64,000 nucleotides of DNA from positions 1 through 64,000 of the IMG/VR virus record IMGVR_UViG_2844225640_000006; one strand, given 5' to 3'. The stretch's first letter is position 1; every line of letters begins with the position of its first letter. A program made the position numbers and the translations under genes. The notes under the pieces were generated by a model. It searched no databases. It was given only the letters and a program-made list of their open reading frames with translations, and was not told the origin of the DNA. Below are positions 20,285 through 30,232 of this stretch, piece by piece. This stretch comes from a virus (lineage: Duplodnaviria; Caudoviricetes).

Positions 20285-20484
20285 TAGCGCGTCTTCTTAT
20301 CCAGAACGACCGGGGATGGCTCAGTCTTCGGAGATTCAGCCTTGACGCTGGCCTCGCCAACCAAGCCCGAGAGGACAAGGTACTTCGCTTCCCGGTCGGT
20401 CAGCTGGATGCGTGCGCCCTTGGCGCGGTGTGCACCTGCGATGAATCCTTCGGCATTCACGACGTAGGTTTTCTTGCTGCTCAT
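20284..20484 (-). CDS. Small hypothetical structural protein
   Basis: 66 aa, SD AAGGAG, coupled to W gene. Confidence 0.55.
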   Translation of the reverse strand: MSSKKTYVVNAEGFIAGAHRAKGARIQLTDREAKYLVLSGLVGEASVKAESPKTEPSPVVLDKKTR

Positions 20485-20495
20485 TGATCTGCTCC

Positions 20496-21038
20496 TTAAT
20501 TGGACGGAACGTCGGTATTGGCGCCGCCTGGAACGACCCCGCCATGGATGTGTGAGCTGCCGACATTCTTGCCGTCATGCTCCTGCTTCCCACCGGTCTG
20601 GGTGAATCCCTTGCCAGTGAACTGATAGGACGTGCCGTCGACCTCGATGAAGAGACCTTCGGCTGTATGGGTGATGGTGGCCCCGCCGATCACGACGCGC
20701 TTCTCTGCGCCCTTGTTGTGCGGCTGTGGCGTGTCGTCGGTGAAGCCGCCCTTGATGATGAAGGACTTGCTTAGCTCACCGTCCGGCGAGACCAGCATGA
20801 CGCGCTGACCAACCGATGGCGGTGTCCATTCATTGATGTCGCCCGCCTGTTCCGACCATGACGTTGGCGGGGAGTCGATGCCGTGAGCCGTCACGATGAC
20901 CGTGCCATTCTCGTAGTCGACTTCCTTCACGACGCCTTCACGGAACATATTGTTCTGTCGGACAGACATGCGCCGGACGACGTTCTCCATGGACTCGAGA
21001 CGCTCGATCAGCTTGTCGAAGAAAGTGAAAGGGGTCAT
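20496..21038 (-). CDS. Baseplate spike protein V
   Basis: W..PSVGQ.V...SPDG and C-terminal H.HGGV.PG...T..P. Confidence 0.88.
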   Translation of the reverse strand: MTPFTFFDKLIERLESMENVVRRMSVRQNNMFREGVVKEVDYENGTVIVTAHGIDSPPTSWSEQAGDINEWTPPSVGQRVMLVSPDGELSKSFIIKGGFTDDTPQPHNKGAEKRVVIGGATITHTAEGLFIEVDGTSYQFTGKGFTQTGGKQEHDGKNVGSSHIHGGVVPGGANTDVPSN

Positions 21039-21802
21039 GTCGGAATCCCTTGATGCTGCCAAACGATAGGCGTCGTCAGGAGAGGTTGCGTGCCCGTCGG
21101 AGAGCCGATTTTCTCTGCAAGGTCGCGGGTATATCCGAGCATCTTCATCGCCCGGTCATTCGGCGAGTCCGCTGCATTGGCCGTGAGCATGGCGACGATG
21201 TCGTCAACCCGGTCGCTGTAATCAGGGAAGGCCTGAAGCCTATCGAGAAAACGCTGGATGTCACCGGGAACAACGCCTGCGGCATTCTCCCGGATCGCCT
21301 TCATTTCCACCGTGACCTGTCGTGCTGCGAGACGCAGACCGCCTTCAACGGATGCGCCACGGCGGCTCACCACAGTCTGATAAGACGGGCAGAGGTAGTT
21401 GAAAACGTCGCTGGCGACAGTGCCCTTGGTCAGCGCGCGGAACATCTGAAGCTCGAGAGCATCCAGCGTCGTTTCAATCTCGCTATCCGTGGACGGGCAT
21501 TCGAGGCTGTATGGCTCAGTGGCGCCGTCCTCGTCCTTCTTCACTGTCTGCACCACCAGCATTTCAAAGGTGAGCGACATGAGACGGTCCTCGTGGACGC
21601 GCCCGGCCTTCGGCCATGGGTCTTTATCGTAGTCGGTGTAAACGACGACACAGGGGAAAACCCTGTCGATCTTCATGTCTTCAACCGGCTCGATCTTGGA
21701 ATCGAAAATGTAAGGGCCAGCCAACGTAGGCCACGGCTCTTCCAGATAATTGTTGAGCGCGCATACAGCGGCCATGCGGGCGAGGCTGCGATAAACACTC
21801 AT
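21035..21802 (-). CDS. Putative tail completion/terminator protein
   Basis: P.VVVYTD motif; position between head closure gene and V. Confidence 0.5.
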   Translation of the reverse strand: MSVYRSLARMAAVCALNNYLEEPWPTLAGPYIFDSKIEPVEDMKIDRVFPCVVVYTDYDKDPWPKAGRVHEDRLMSLTFEMLVVQTVKKDEDGATEPYSLECPSTDSEIETTLDALELQMFRALTKGTVASDVFNYLCPSYQTVVSRRGASVEGGLRLAARQVTVEMKAIRENAAGVVPGDIQRFLDRLQAFPDYSDRVDDIVAMLTANAADSPNDRAMKMLGYTRDLAEKIGSPTGTQPLLTTPIVWQHQGIPT

Positions 21803-22221
21803 GCCTGACCTCCGAGTTGCACAAGCATCAGGACAACGCGGGATAGACCGTCACGCTGCGAGGAGATGACTTGGAAGTCCGGCAGCTCTGGCCGGGTAGG
21901 GAACGACACTAGGTCGCCCTGTTTCGGCTCCTCGGCGCCAGCCGGGAAATATCGCCGGTCAATCGACAGCTGCGGATCTCTGCCCGATTGGAGCGAACGC
22001 AGATCGTTCGCCTCACGGTAGGATCGACGCACGCCGAGCTGCACGCCGTATTCGACTGAGATGTAGTCGAAGATGCCTTTGCCGTTGACGACCTTGCGGG
22101 CCGTGTCAGGGCCAGGCCTCCCGTTCGGAGTCGACGCTTGCGGCGTAAACACGAACGGGATCGCATTGACCCGGTCGACCGTCTTGCTGATCACTCTGTC
22201 CATACGGTCGAACGCTGCCAT
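21799..22221 (-). CDS. Putative head-tail joining/closure protein
   Basis: P.QGD.V...F.V....DG motif and synteny. Confidence 0.55.
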   Translation of the reverse strand: MAAFDRMDRVISKTVDRVNAIPFVFTPQASTPNGRPGPDTARKVVNGKGIFDYISVEYGVQLGVRRSYREANDLRSLQSGRDPQLSIDRRYFPAGAEEPKQGDLVSFPTRPELPDFQVISSQRDGLSRVVLMLVQLGGQA

Positions 22222-22233
22222 GGCGGGGAATCC

Positions 22234-22446
22234 TTATTTGTCAGCCTTCTTGGCTGGAGCCTTGGGTTCAGCCTTTTCTTCGGCTTTGGCGTCATCGGCT
22301 TCATTCTTGACTTCCGCGATCAATCCGGCCGCCTTGTAGCCCTTGGCATCTTCATCGGAGAGGGAGATGATGTCCTTCTCGAAAACCGGGCGACCTTGAA
22401 TGATAGTGTCAAGCTTGACGTGGTACTGCTTCATTGGTCTCTCCAT
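22234..22446 (-). CDS. Small hypothetical head-region protein
   Basis: 70 aa, Lys/Ala-rich tail. Confidence 0.5.
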   Translation of the reverse strand: MERPMKQYHVKLDTIIQGRPVFEKDIISLSDEDAKGYKAAGLIAEVKNEADDAKAEEKAEPKAPAKKADK

Positions 22447-22487
22447 GCGGAGAGCGGCGGCCTGTTACCAAGCCACCGCGCGCCGGA

Positions 22488-22814
22488 TTAGAAGTTGTCG
22501 TTCAGACGAACGCGGCCAACACCGGAAGGATTGGCAGCATCTTCGATAGCAACGCCGATCTTCGTGTTGCCGGTGGAGACAGTCGTGGCGATGCCGTCAG
22601 TGTCAGCGTAAATCTCTGCGCCGACGGTCCAAGCCTGAGCCGAGGTTTTCGGCAGTTCGTACACACCGCCGAGGGCGAGTTCGAACTCTTCACCGATTGC
22701 TGCTGAGGTGGCTGCGATGCCGAAGATCTTGCCGGCGACGACAAGCGAACCGGAGGAGACGGCGGCTGCCGCGACAATGGTGATAACCTTGCCGGGCTGA
22801 ATGAAATTGCGCAT
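22488..22814 (-). CDS. DUF2190-family capsid decoration protein
   Basis: MRNFIQPG..I, GV.ELPK, IGVA...A.....V.RVRLN. Confidence 0.85.
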   Translation of the reverse strand: MRNFIQPGKVITIVAAAAVSSGSLVVAGKIFGIAATSAAIGEEFELALGGVYELPKTSAQAWTVGAEIYADTDGIATTVSTGNTKIGVAIEDAANPSGVGRVRLNDNF

Positions 22815-22895
22815 GGGGATACTCCCTTGTTTCGCACAAAAAGAAAAAGGCGCTGAGGGTTAGTCAGCGCCCTTTGGTGAGGTGACCGGAGCCAA

Positions 22896-25082
22896 TTACT
22901 TGGCGGTGCCTGCGTTCTTGTACGCGAAGCGATAATCGGTCAGGCCAACACCGAAGTCGTGAGCCAGCGTGTACTCGACGCCTTCAACGTCGAAGCCGAG
23001 ACGCTCGTTCGTACGCGGGGTTTCCGAACCGAGCAGGTGCAGGTAGTGGATACCGCGCCCCATGGTCGACGCCGCATCAGCAAACAGGAACCACGCCTTG
23101 GTGTTCAGAGCATCAATGCGATGCTCATAGACCGGCTGGATCGAGCGGATTGCCTGCGGGACAACTTCCGCCGTGGTGGTCGGAACGGTAATACCGGTGA
23201 TCAGCTTCTGAGCAACGGTTTCGTTGTCAGCGCCGACGAAGAGGTACTTCGGCGTAACATTGATGGATTCGCCGTCGATGTTCTTCTGCTTGCGGAATTC
23301 CAGGCGAGCCGCTTCAAGGGAAGCCTGATCGATCGCGCTGCCGGTAGAGGCAAGGTTCTTATGGTCCGTGTGGAACAATGCCTTGCCGTCCTTCAGCTTC
23401 AGGACGTTATCGAGGATCGCGCCCCATACAATATCGCCTTCGAGCTTGGCTGCCTTCATGCCCCAATTGGCGACGAGCTGCATGAATGCGTTCAGCTGGT
23501 CGTTGATCAGCATTTCACGGGTGAACCCGATCTTGCGACCGTACGACTGGAGCTTCATGCCTTCTTCGGATTCTTTCACCGTGCCGGACTTGAACTCGCC
23601 GTGCTCGTTCTTCGGCAGCAGGTCAGGAGCGGAGCCGATGTCGAGCACCTTCGTTTCACGGAAGTCGGAGAGGACCGTCCGGGTTGCGAAGAGCTGGAAG
23701 GTGTTTTCATACAGGCCGTACGCATTGAGAAGCGTCTGCGTCGTGATGTCCTGCAGAATGATCGGGAAGTCCGACGTGCTGTGCAGAGCGCGCTGAGCGA
23801 CGTCGTGCATCGAACCACGGGTGGACTCACCGCGAGCACGCAGCAGTTCCTTGGCGATGTCCATAGTCGACATGGCACGCCATTCACGAGCGCCGTCTTC
23901 GAGTTTCGTGACGACGTTGTTGCGATGCAAGATCGCGTTTGCCACCATGCGGCGCATGGTTTCCTGAGCATCCTGCATTCCGCGGGTCTCCACGACAGGG
24001 AAGGTTGGAGCCTGGTTCTGGCGCTCGACCATCTTGTCGAACAGCGCGTTGCGGAAAGCTTCCACATCCGTGCCGCCGTCAACAGCCGTGCGAACCATCT
24101 CGTCATTGACTTCGAAGCCTGCCGTGCGGGCAAGGTCATTGATGTCCTTGACGCGCTTGCGCTCAGCGGCAACGGCAGCGCGGGACTGCTCGGCTACTTC
24201 ACTCTGACTGACACCGGCCGGCTGCGTTACCGGAGCTGGCTGCTGTGCAGTGCGGGTCTGGACGGCCTCGGCTGCAGCGCGGGCGGCCGCATCGTCAGCT
24301 TCCTTGCGCTGCTTGTCTTCCTCGTCGTATGCGGCGATGAGGCGAGCGCGCAGTGCGTCGTCGGTTTCGCCTTCGTTGCGGGAAAGACCAGCGCCGAGGG
24401 CCAGAGCGTCGAGCTTATCGCCGTTAAAGGACTTAGCTGCATCGCGCTTATTCATGGGTGTTTTCTCCGTGAGAGGTGCGGCCTCGGCCGCGTCATGATT
24501 TTCCTGGCGAACCAGAACTTTTTCGACGTCCTTGCCAGTCGGCTCGGATCGAGAGATGGCCTCGGCATCCGCCGGTACGGGGACGATGGACAGCTCCATC
24601 GGTTCCCAATCGATGGCCCGGAGGATAGGCAACTGCCCGTCCGAACCTTCGGTCTTTTCGTAGCGGTGGATCTTGTAGCCCACCGAGATCGAGAGCGGAT
24701 GTCCGTCCCGCAGATCCTGGAGGATCGCCTCGGCCTTTGCATTGCGTGAGAGCTTGATCAGGGCGTAGCCGCGACCATTCTCGATCCTCACGCTGCTCGG
24801 AATGACCGTGCCGAGACGTGAGTCCATGGACCACTGTTCGTGGGTATCGAGCAGGGACATGGCGTTGAAGCGGTCCATACGGATCGCCTTCTTGTCCACG
24901 GCCAGCTCTTCCATGTAGTAGCCTTCATCCCAGGAATACCGCTTGACCTTGGCGCCGGTTGTCCAGCAAACCTCGACCGTGCGGTCTTCCTCGTTGAAGG
25001 AATCCGAGCGCACCTCACACGCCGCGAAGGGCTTGGGGATGCGGATCTCTTTCTCAAGAGCATCTCTAAGGGCTTTTGGCAT
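22896..25082 (-). CDS. Prohead protease-scaffold-major capsid fusion
   Basis: LLDTH, SISVGY, DWEP.E.S.VPVPAD protease motifs; HSTSDFP.IL, E.GE, YGR....TR...INDQ capsid motifs; GGAGG SD before ATG 25082. Confidence 0.9.
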   Translation of the reverse strand: MPKALRDALEKEIRIPKPFAACEVRSDSFNEEDRTVEVCWTTGAKVKRYSWDEGYYMEELAVDKKAIRMDRFNAMSLLDTHEQWSMDSRLGTVIPSSVRIENGRGYALIKLSRNAKAEAILQDLRDGHPLSISVGYKIHRYEKTEGSDGQLPILRAIDWEPMELSIVPVPADAEAISRSEPTGKDVEKVLVRQENHDAAEAAPLTEKTPMNKRDAAKSFNGDKLDALALGAGLSRNEGETDDALRARLIAAYDEEDKQRKEADDAAARAAAEAVQTRTAQQPAPVTQPAGVSQSEVAEQSRAAVAAERKRVKDINDLARTAGFEVNDEMVRTAVDGGTDVEAFRNALFDKMVERQNQAPTFPVVETRGMQDAQETMRRMVANAILHRNNVVTKLEDGAREWRAMSTMDIAKELLRARGESTRGSMHDVAQRALHSTSDFPIILQDITTQTLLNAYGLYENTFQLFATRTVLSDFRETKVLDIGSAPDLLPKNEHGEFKSGTVKESEEGMKLQSYGRKIGFTREMLINDQLNAFMQLVANWGMKAAKLEGDIVWGAILDNVLKLKDGKALFHTDHKNLASTGSAIDQASLEAARLEFRKQKNIDGESINVTPKYLFVGADNETVAQKLITGITVPTTTAEVVPQAIRSIQPVYEHRIDALNTKAWFLFADAASTMGRGIHYLHLLGSETPRTNERLGFDVEGVEYTLAHDFGVGLTDYRFAYKNAGTAK

Positions 25083-26628
25083 TGCTGCCTCCGGTGTTGG
25101 AATCGCCTTCCTGGACCCACTGAGACTGGCCTTGCGACGTGACCTTGCGCGGGTCACTGTCGAGCACGACCTTACTCTTCGTCTTATCGACGCTCTGGTT
25201 CCATTGATCGATTTCATTAAGGACTTGCTGCGGATCGCGACCGGTTGCAGCGATGACATCCTGCATGGAACGCTTGCCCATACGGACCTCGGCTAGATCA
25301 GCGCGGGCATCATCAAGGCGAGTGATGCTCGCCACTTCTGGCGGAACCCACTCGACCTCTTCATTCCACGTTTTCGGGATGGACCCGTCCAGAATTGCAG
25401 CCTGGATAAACCAGTTCCAGATCTTCTGAAGCACCATCGGAATGATGAAGTGCCACTGAACGATCTCCACGAAATTCTGGTATGCCAGTAGGCCAAGCTT
25501 GCCAGAGGCGAAGTTGGCCTGACTGAAATCGCCGGTCATGATTTCGTACGGCATGCGAACGCCAGCTGCGATACTGCGCTGACGTGTGCGGATATAAGCT
25601 TCAACGCCTGCCGAGATGGCCGGGCTATTGAACTTGATGTCCTTGCCGCCACGCAGCACACCGAACATTCCCGGCTCCATTCTTTCAAATGGGAAGCCGT
25701 AGATGTCCGTGACGCCGACGGGGTCCGCCTTACCCGCTGTCTCGTCGAGGCCGATATTCGGATCGCTTTCGTCGACATCCTCGTCGCCGGGGATCACCAT
25801 GCCGACCATGCAGGACTCGACCTTCTTGCGGATGTTCTCTGCAAGCTCGTAATCCTTCAGGTCGCGGATCTCATTCATCACCGAGTGCAGCCAAGGCACA
25901 CCGTGCACCTGATTGTTCTGCGGCTCGTACAGGTGAGCGATCTCGTTTTCTGGAATGAACTTGCTCACCACGCTGTCGAGCCCGCCGGCCAAATATGACA
26001 GGCCCGATTTCGGGTGATCGTTGAACATCCAGTAGCCGCGGCGGTTGCCGACAGCATCGAACTCGACGCCCTGAATAATCCGGTTGCCGGGGTTGCCCGG
26101 CGGGACGCCCTGTTTGGTCCAGTCGCAATACTCAGATTCCAGGATCTGGAGCTGAAGAGGGACGGGGAACCCGTCTCCACGACTGCGGACACGACGGCGA
26201 ACGTAGACCTCGCCGTCCTGAACCATCATCCGGGCCATCAGGTAAACGCCGCCGTCGAAGTCCAGACCGGTGCCGGAGAAGCAAACCTTCTTCCACTTAT
26301 TGAACAGCGACATCACCTTCTCGTCTTTGACGCGAGGGGTAATGCCGAAGCCAACGAAGTTGTCGGCGTGCTTTCCTACGATCGTTGTCGCGAGCGGATT
26401 ATTGCGGACAAGCTCTCTCGATCGATCCCGGAGGGTCTGACCTGCTTTTCGGATTTCAGCATCCGCTGTGCCCGATACAACGTTGATGCCTTTAGCAAGG
26501 CGTCCGGTTGACGCCCCCTCGTATGAACGAGCACCATCCAGGATCTCCATCCGTCGTCTGTGAGCAGCGCGCGCCGCTCCAGCCCTCGGGTTGAAATACC
26601 CGATGGCCTTATCCAGAAGGTTCGCCAT
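25066..26628 (-). CDS. Portal protein, lambda family
   Basis: LRDRSRELVRNN, DGE, LQLQ.LE, GVEFD..G...GYW, YE..TGD.S..NFAS. Confidence 0.92.
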   Translation of the reverse strand: MANLLDKAIGYFNPRAGAARAAHRRRMEILDGARSYEGASTGRLAKGINVVSGTADAEIRKAGQTLRDRSRELVRNNPLATTIVGKHADNFVGFGITPRVKDEKVMSLFNKWKKVCFSGTGLDFDGGVYLMARMMVQDGEVYVRRRVRSRGDGFPVPLQLQILESEYCDWTKQGVPPGNPGNRIIQGVEFDAVGNRRGYWMFNDHPKSGLSYLAGGLDSVVSKFIPENEIAHLYEPQNNQVHGVPWLHSVMNEIRDLKDYELAENIRKKVESCMVGMVIPGDEDVDESDPNIGLDETAGKADPVGVTDIYGFPFERMEPGMFGVLRGGKDIKFNSPAISAGVEAYIRTRQRSIAAGVRMPYEIMTGDFSQANFASGKLGLLAYQNFVEIVQWHFIIPMVLQKIWNWFIQAAILDGSIPKTWNEEVEWVPPEVASITRLDDARADLAEVRMGKRSMQDVIAATGRDPQQVLNEIDQWNQSVDKTKSKVVLDSDPRKVTSQGQSQWVQEGDSNTGGSNAKSP

Positions 26629-26871
26629 TTAGTACCCCCTGCTGAACGTTGTCAGGATCGTGTGCTTCCTGCGCCGCTGCGGGGTTGCTTCGGCTTCGAG
26701 CTCATCGATGATGGCCTTCATGTCCGCACGACTGCGGTAGGAAACGTCACGTTCCCGGAACTTCACACGGGTGGCGCCGAGGTAATACGCTTCCTTTAGA
26801 TCCCGGAGAAAAGCGAGCTTCTCTTCCGGCGTAAACGACAGGGCGTCGTTTTCAGGTTCTTCGGCCATCAC
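26629..26871 (-). CDS. Head-to-tail joining protein (gpW-like)
   Basis: GATRV.F..R.V.YRS..DM; between terminase and portal genes. Confidence 0.75.
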   Translation of the reverse strand: MMAEEPENDALSFTPEEKLAFLRDLKEAYYLGATRVKFRERDVSYRSRADMKAIIDELEAEATPQRRRKHTILTTFSRGY

Positions 26872-28937
26872 CAGATGCTCCCTCTGCTACCCCAAACGCT
26901 CGATGGCCGCGCAGGCCGGTTAGGGGCTGGACGGGTCGGTGTTTCTGGCGGCTCGGTAGGTTGAACTTCACGAACGACACGCCTCGAAGGGTTCACGTCG
27001 TCTCGCAGTTTGGACAGGTTCAGGATCATTGCGCAGGCGCCCTGCATGGATTCACAGTCGAGGAAGTGGTTTTCCTTTGACCGTTGAACCCACTTCACCT
27101 TGCCGCCGGGAGCGCGCATGCGGCTCTCGGAAACGATCTGGCGGGCATAGTCCTCGCTGATGTCCTCGGGCAGATACCACGCCCCTGGCGCATCATCGGC
27201 CCAACGGATCTTCTGCTGCACCCACGACTTGAAGTAGTCGGTGTCCAGCCGGAGCAGATCCAACCCCTTTTTGATTTCCTTGCCGCCGATCTGGATGTCG
27301 ATCTTGTTAGCCAAGAGCGGCTTGCGCATCGGGTTAGACGATCCCTTCGTCGCCCGCACAAGATGTGGGAATCGACGAGCGAAGGCGTAAACCCGGTGCT
27401 CGGGAACAAGGAACTTCTTGCCGGGCCGATAGCCGGAGTCGACCAGAGCGAGCCTGATAGGCAGACCGTCATAGGTATCCGTTAGCACATTGGCGAACGT
27501 GTCCCAGACCTCCTCGCCTTCAGTCATGCCGTACAGCTCTCGGGCTTCGACCAGCCATGACGTGCCGCCAGCGCCCCACCCACGGATGACGTAGATAAGG
27601 CGGTCCAGCTGCACGTCGCAGGTTAGCGTCAGAACCTTGACGGCCCCAGGTACTTCCCCCATGACGTAGTCGTCGGTGCATTCCATGACCTCGCTCCACT
27701 CGGGAGCTGCGCCACCACCCGGCGAATAAAGCTCGCCGAAGCCTTGGTTCTTAACCGACTGAACCGCCCGAGGATTACCGGAGCGCACAGCTTCGACATA
27801 CGCTGCAGCACGTTCTCCCCACGATTTGAATGGAGAACAGAGGCCGGACACCCAATAGCTAAGCGTCCATGCATCCGGCGGCATTCCGATAACGTTGCCT
27901 TCTAAGTCAACAGACTGACCGGGCGCGACGTAGACGCCGCGATCATTCATCCACTCTTTCGTGGTGATGTCCGCATTGTCCGGTGCCGGGTCGTTATCAA
28001 AGATGAGGCAGCCATTCTTCGGGCACATAAGATGCGCCGTCCGCTGCGCCAATGCAGGAGTCGACGGCAGTTCTCGACCAGCCTCAGACATCGGCTTGTC
28101 CCACGCAAGGCAGGCAAACCGGGGAATGAAATACTCGCCACAGTGAGGGCAGGGCCATGCCCAATGGTATCGAGTCCCCGTCAGCCACAAGCGCCAGACC
28201 GTGGACTTGATCTCATCCGGGTCAACCTCAGACCAGAACTCAAGGCCGCTTTCAGGGTCGGTTTCCACTTCGGCCACCCCCTCGCTTGGCGTTGACGTGA
28301 TGGCGTGAACGAAGGCCGGATAGGTATCACCGCGCGCATCGATCAGGCCGACCGGGTCGCCTTGACCGTTGAGGTTACCCGCCAGCTCGTCCACTTCGTC
28401 CGTGAGCGCCAGACCAAACGGGTCCGACTTCATCGCCGTGGATGACCCACCATGCGCCAGTCTCAGCGGAACACCGTTGATCAGCTTCTTGGTTTTCTTC
28501 TGCTTGGACTTGGCCGCGACGACATCCTTGAGGCAGGTGCTGCGCATAAGTTCATCAATGCGCGGTTCCCACTGGTTGATGATGAAGTCCTTCGACGGGC
28601 CGACATACAAGGTCGGAACCGGATGAGTGTCGAGGCGCTCCCCGATCAGATCGAGAAACGTCTCCGACTTGCCAGACTGAGCAGACACCACCATGACCAC
28701 GCGCTTGTGCGTCCGGCCGTGAACAGCCATCGCGAAAGGGATCATGTACGGAGTCTTGTGCGGATTGCGTGGGCCCGGATGACCCGCCGTGTCGGGATAT
28801 TCGCGGTTGTCTTTCGCCCATTGGACAGGGTCAGTCCTCGGCCTCGGCGTCAGAAGTTTCCTCACCCGACCGTAGATCCGCGATTTTTTTGGCAAGACGA
28901 TCTGCCAATCGGAGCCTTCCCTTGTCGATGATGTCAT
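26868..28937 (-). CDS. Terminase large subunit (lambda GpA family)
   Basis: TPY, AQSGKSE, DEVD, TSTP, CPHCG, DVQ, VDSG, NH.LDC. Confidence 0.93.
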   Translation of the reverse strand: MTSSTREGSDWQIVLPKKSRIYGRVRKLLTPRPRTDPVQWAKDNREYPDTAGHPGPRNPHKTPYMIPFAMAVHGRTHKRVVMVVSAQSGKSETFLDLIGERLDTHPVPTLYVGPSKDFIINQWEPRIDELMRSTCLKDVVAAKSKQKKTKKLINGVPLRLAHGGSSTAMKSDPFGLALTDEVDELAGNLNGQGDPVGLIDARGDTYPAFVHAITSTPSEGVAEVETDPESGLEFWSEVDPDEIKSTVWRLWLTGTRYHWAWPCPHCGEYFIPRFACLAWDKPMSEAGRELPSTPALAQRTAHLMCPKNGCLIFDNDPAPDNADITTKEWMNDRGVYVAPGQSVDLEGNVIGMPPDAWTLSYWVSGLCSPFKSWGERAAAYVEAVRSGNPRAVQSVKNQGFGELYSPGGGAAPEWSEVMECTDDYVMGEVPGAVKVLTLTCDVQLDRLIYVIRGWGAGGTSWLVEARELYGMTEGEEVWDTFANVLTDTYDGLPIRLALVDSGYRPGKKFLVPEHRVYAFARRFPHLVRATKGSSNPMRKPLLANKIDIQIGGKEIKKGLDLLRLDTDYFKSWVQQKIRWADDAPGAWYLPEDISEDYARQIVSESRMRAPGGKVKWVQRSKENHFLDCESMQGACAMILNLSKLRDDVNPSRRVVREVQPTEPPETPTRPAPNRPARPSSVWGSRGSIW

Positions 28938-29400
28938 TCAATCTCTGCCGCTCTCGCGGCGCTCCCGTGATCTCGGCTGGCAGGCCGTTGAGGTAGGAAA
29001 GGAATAGACCAGCCAGCTCGTCCGCTACGGACAAGGCTTCATCGAGCGTGATCAGCTCGCGGTCTTTCCTCATACGGTTCATGCGGAGGTCGAGCGCCTT
29101 TTCTTCCCGGACCTTGTCCAGGCTTTCGCTCCCGGTCTTCTTGACCGCGCCATCCTTGAGATGATCGGCATATGCCCGGACGGTATCGCCTATGGCGTAG
29201 CCAACACCCGTCTTCGACAGCACACCATCCGTCGTCATGATGCGAAGGAACCGGTCGCTCACCCGAAGAATCCGGGACATCTCCTGCTGGTTCACCACCT
29301 GATCGGCGATGTACGACTTCGGAGTTGGTGCCACCGCAACCTTCTTCGGCGCTGCCGCTTTCTTTGCCGCAGGTTTCTTTTTTGCTGCCGTCGCCATCAT
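28831..29400 (-). CDS. Terminase small subunit (Nu1-like)
   Basis: N-terminal winged-HTH-like segment then coiled coil; directly upstream of large subunit. Confidence 0.7.
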   Translation of the reverse strand: MMATAAKKKPAAKKAAAPKKVAVAPTPKSYIADQVVNQQEMSRILRVSDRFLRIMTTDGVLSKTGVGYAIGDTVRAYADHLKDGAVKKTGSESLDKVREEKALDLRMNRMRKDRELITLDEALSVADELAGLFLSYLNGLPAEITGAPRERQRLNDIIDKGRLRLADRLAKKIADLRSGEETSDAEAED

Positions 29401-29545
29401 CTCACCCTTGCAAGTTTCTTATCTCGCCGCCGTGCTCGGCGGTTTCCCTGTTCCATCCATGGGGCAGGGGCCGTCGGTACATCGGGAGATATGCGTTGCT
29501 CGCCAGACACGACGAGCAACATCAATGCGGCGACCGCGATCAGCA

Positions 29546-30232
29546 TTAGAACCTCATGAGTTTTTCGATGCGCTTGCCTACGTGCAGCTCAAGCTGCTGC
29601 GGGCCGACCACCAAGAACGTGTTCAAGGACTCGTCCTCTGGGATTTCCTTCATCAGTGCGGGGCCGAACAGCCGGCGGATCTTGCCGTACTTCACCCCCG
29701 AGGAGGCGAACTTGCCGCCTGCGCCTCGTGGCTGATTAGGCTTCCGGCCAAAGGTCCAAAGCGCTTTCGGTGCGCGACTTGACGTCCCGGCGCTCGGTGG
29801 CAGCATCGCGTAGAAATTTCCGTCCGCAACAAACGAGCGTTTGAAGATGCGCGGATTGTTCCACACTCCAGACCGGACGGTTCCCCGATCCAGTCCCTTG
29901 CGGCCAACATTCAATCGGCTGGATGATTTCACCGATCGAAGTCCCCGATACTTCTCAATGTCCGTGCCGCCCTTCACACCGAAGATGTCGAAGGCGAGAA
30001 TTGCTTTGCGAGAGACGCCCCTCGTACCGGCCACGACGTAGCCCTGATAGTTGCCGGGCTTCAGGTTCATCTGTTTGGTGACTGCCTTCTGCACCTTCAC
30101 TTTGGTGCGACGGCCAGCGTCAACAACGCCACGATGAAGCTCATCTTTGAAGGTGCCTTTAGCCAGGCGCTCCGACAATCGAGTGAAGCTCTTCAGCGAA
30201 TTGATGTTTGAAGTGCCGAGCTTGATCTGCAT
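29546..30232 (-). CDS. Basic morphogenesis protein (minor tail Z-like)
   Basis: Arg/Lys-rich, C-terminal IRRLFGP motif, GGAGG SD before ATG 30232. Confidence 0.5.
   Translation of the reverse strand: MQIKLGTSNINSLKSFTRLSERLAKGTFKDELHRGVVDAGRRTKVKVQKAVTKQMNLKPGNYQGYVVAGTRGVSRKAILAFDIFGVKGGTDIEKYRGLRSVKSSSRLNVGRKGLDRGTVRSGVWNNPRIFKRSFVADGNFYAMLPPSAGTSSRAPKALWTFGRKPNQPRGAGGKFASSGVKYGKIRRLFGPALMKEIPEDESLNTFLVVGPQQLELHVGKRIEKLMRF

Noticed and set aside
9757-24749. Long plus-strand ORFs (9757-11418, 15598-16851, 22959-24749) and other antisense ORFs such as 46063-47724 and 61614-62897
   Set aside because: Antisense shadows of recognisable high-GC genes, with no protein motifs
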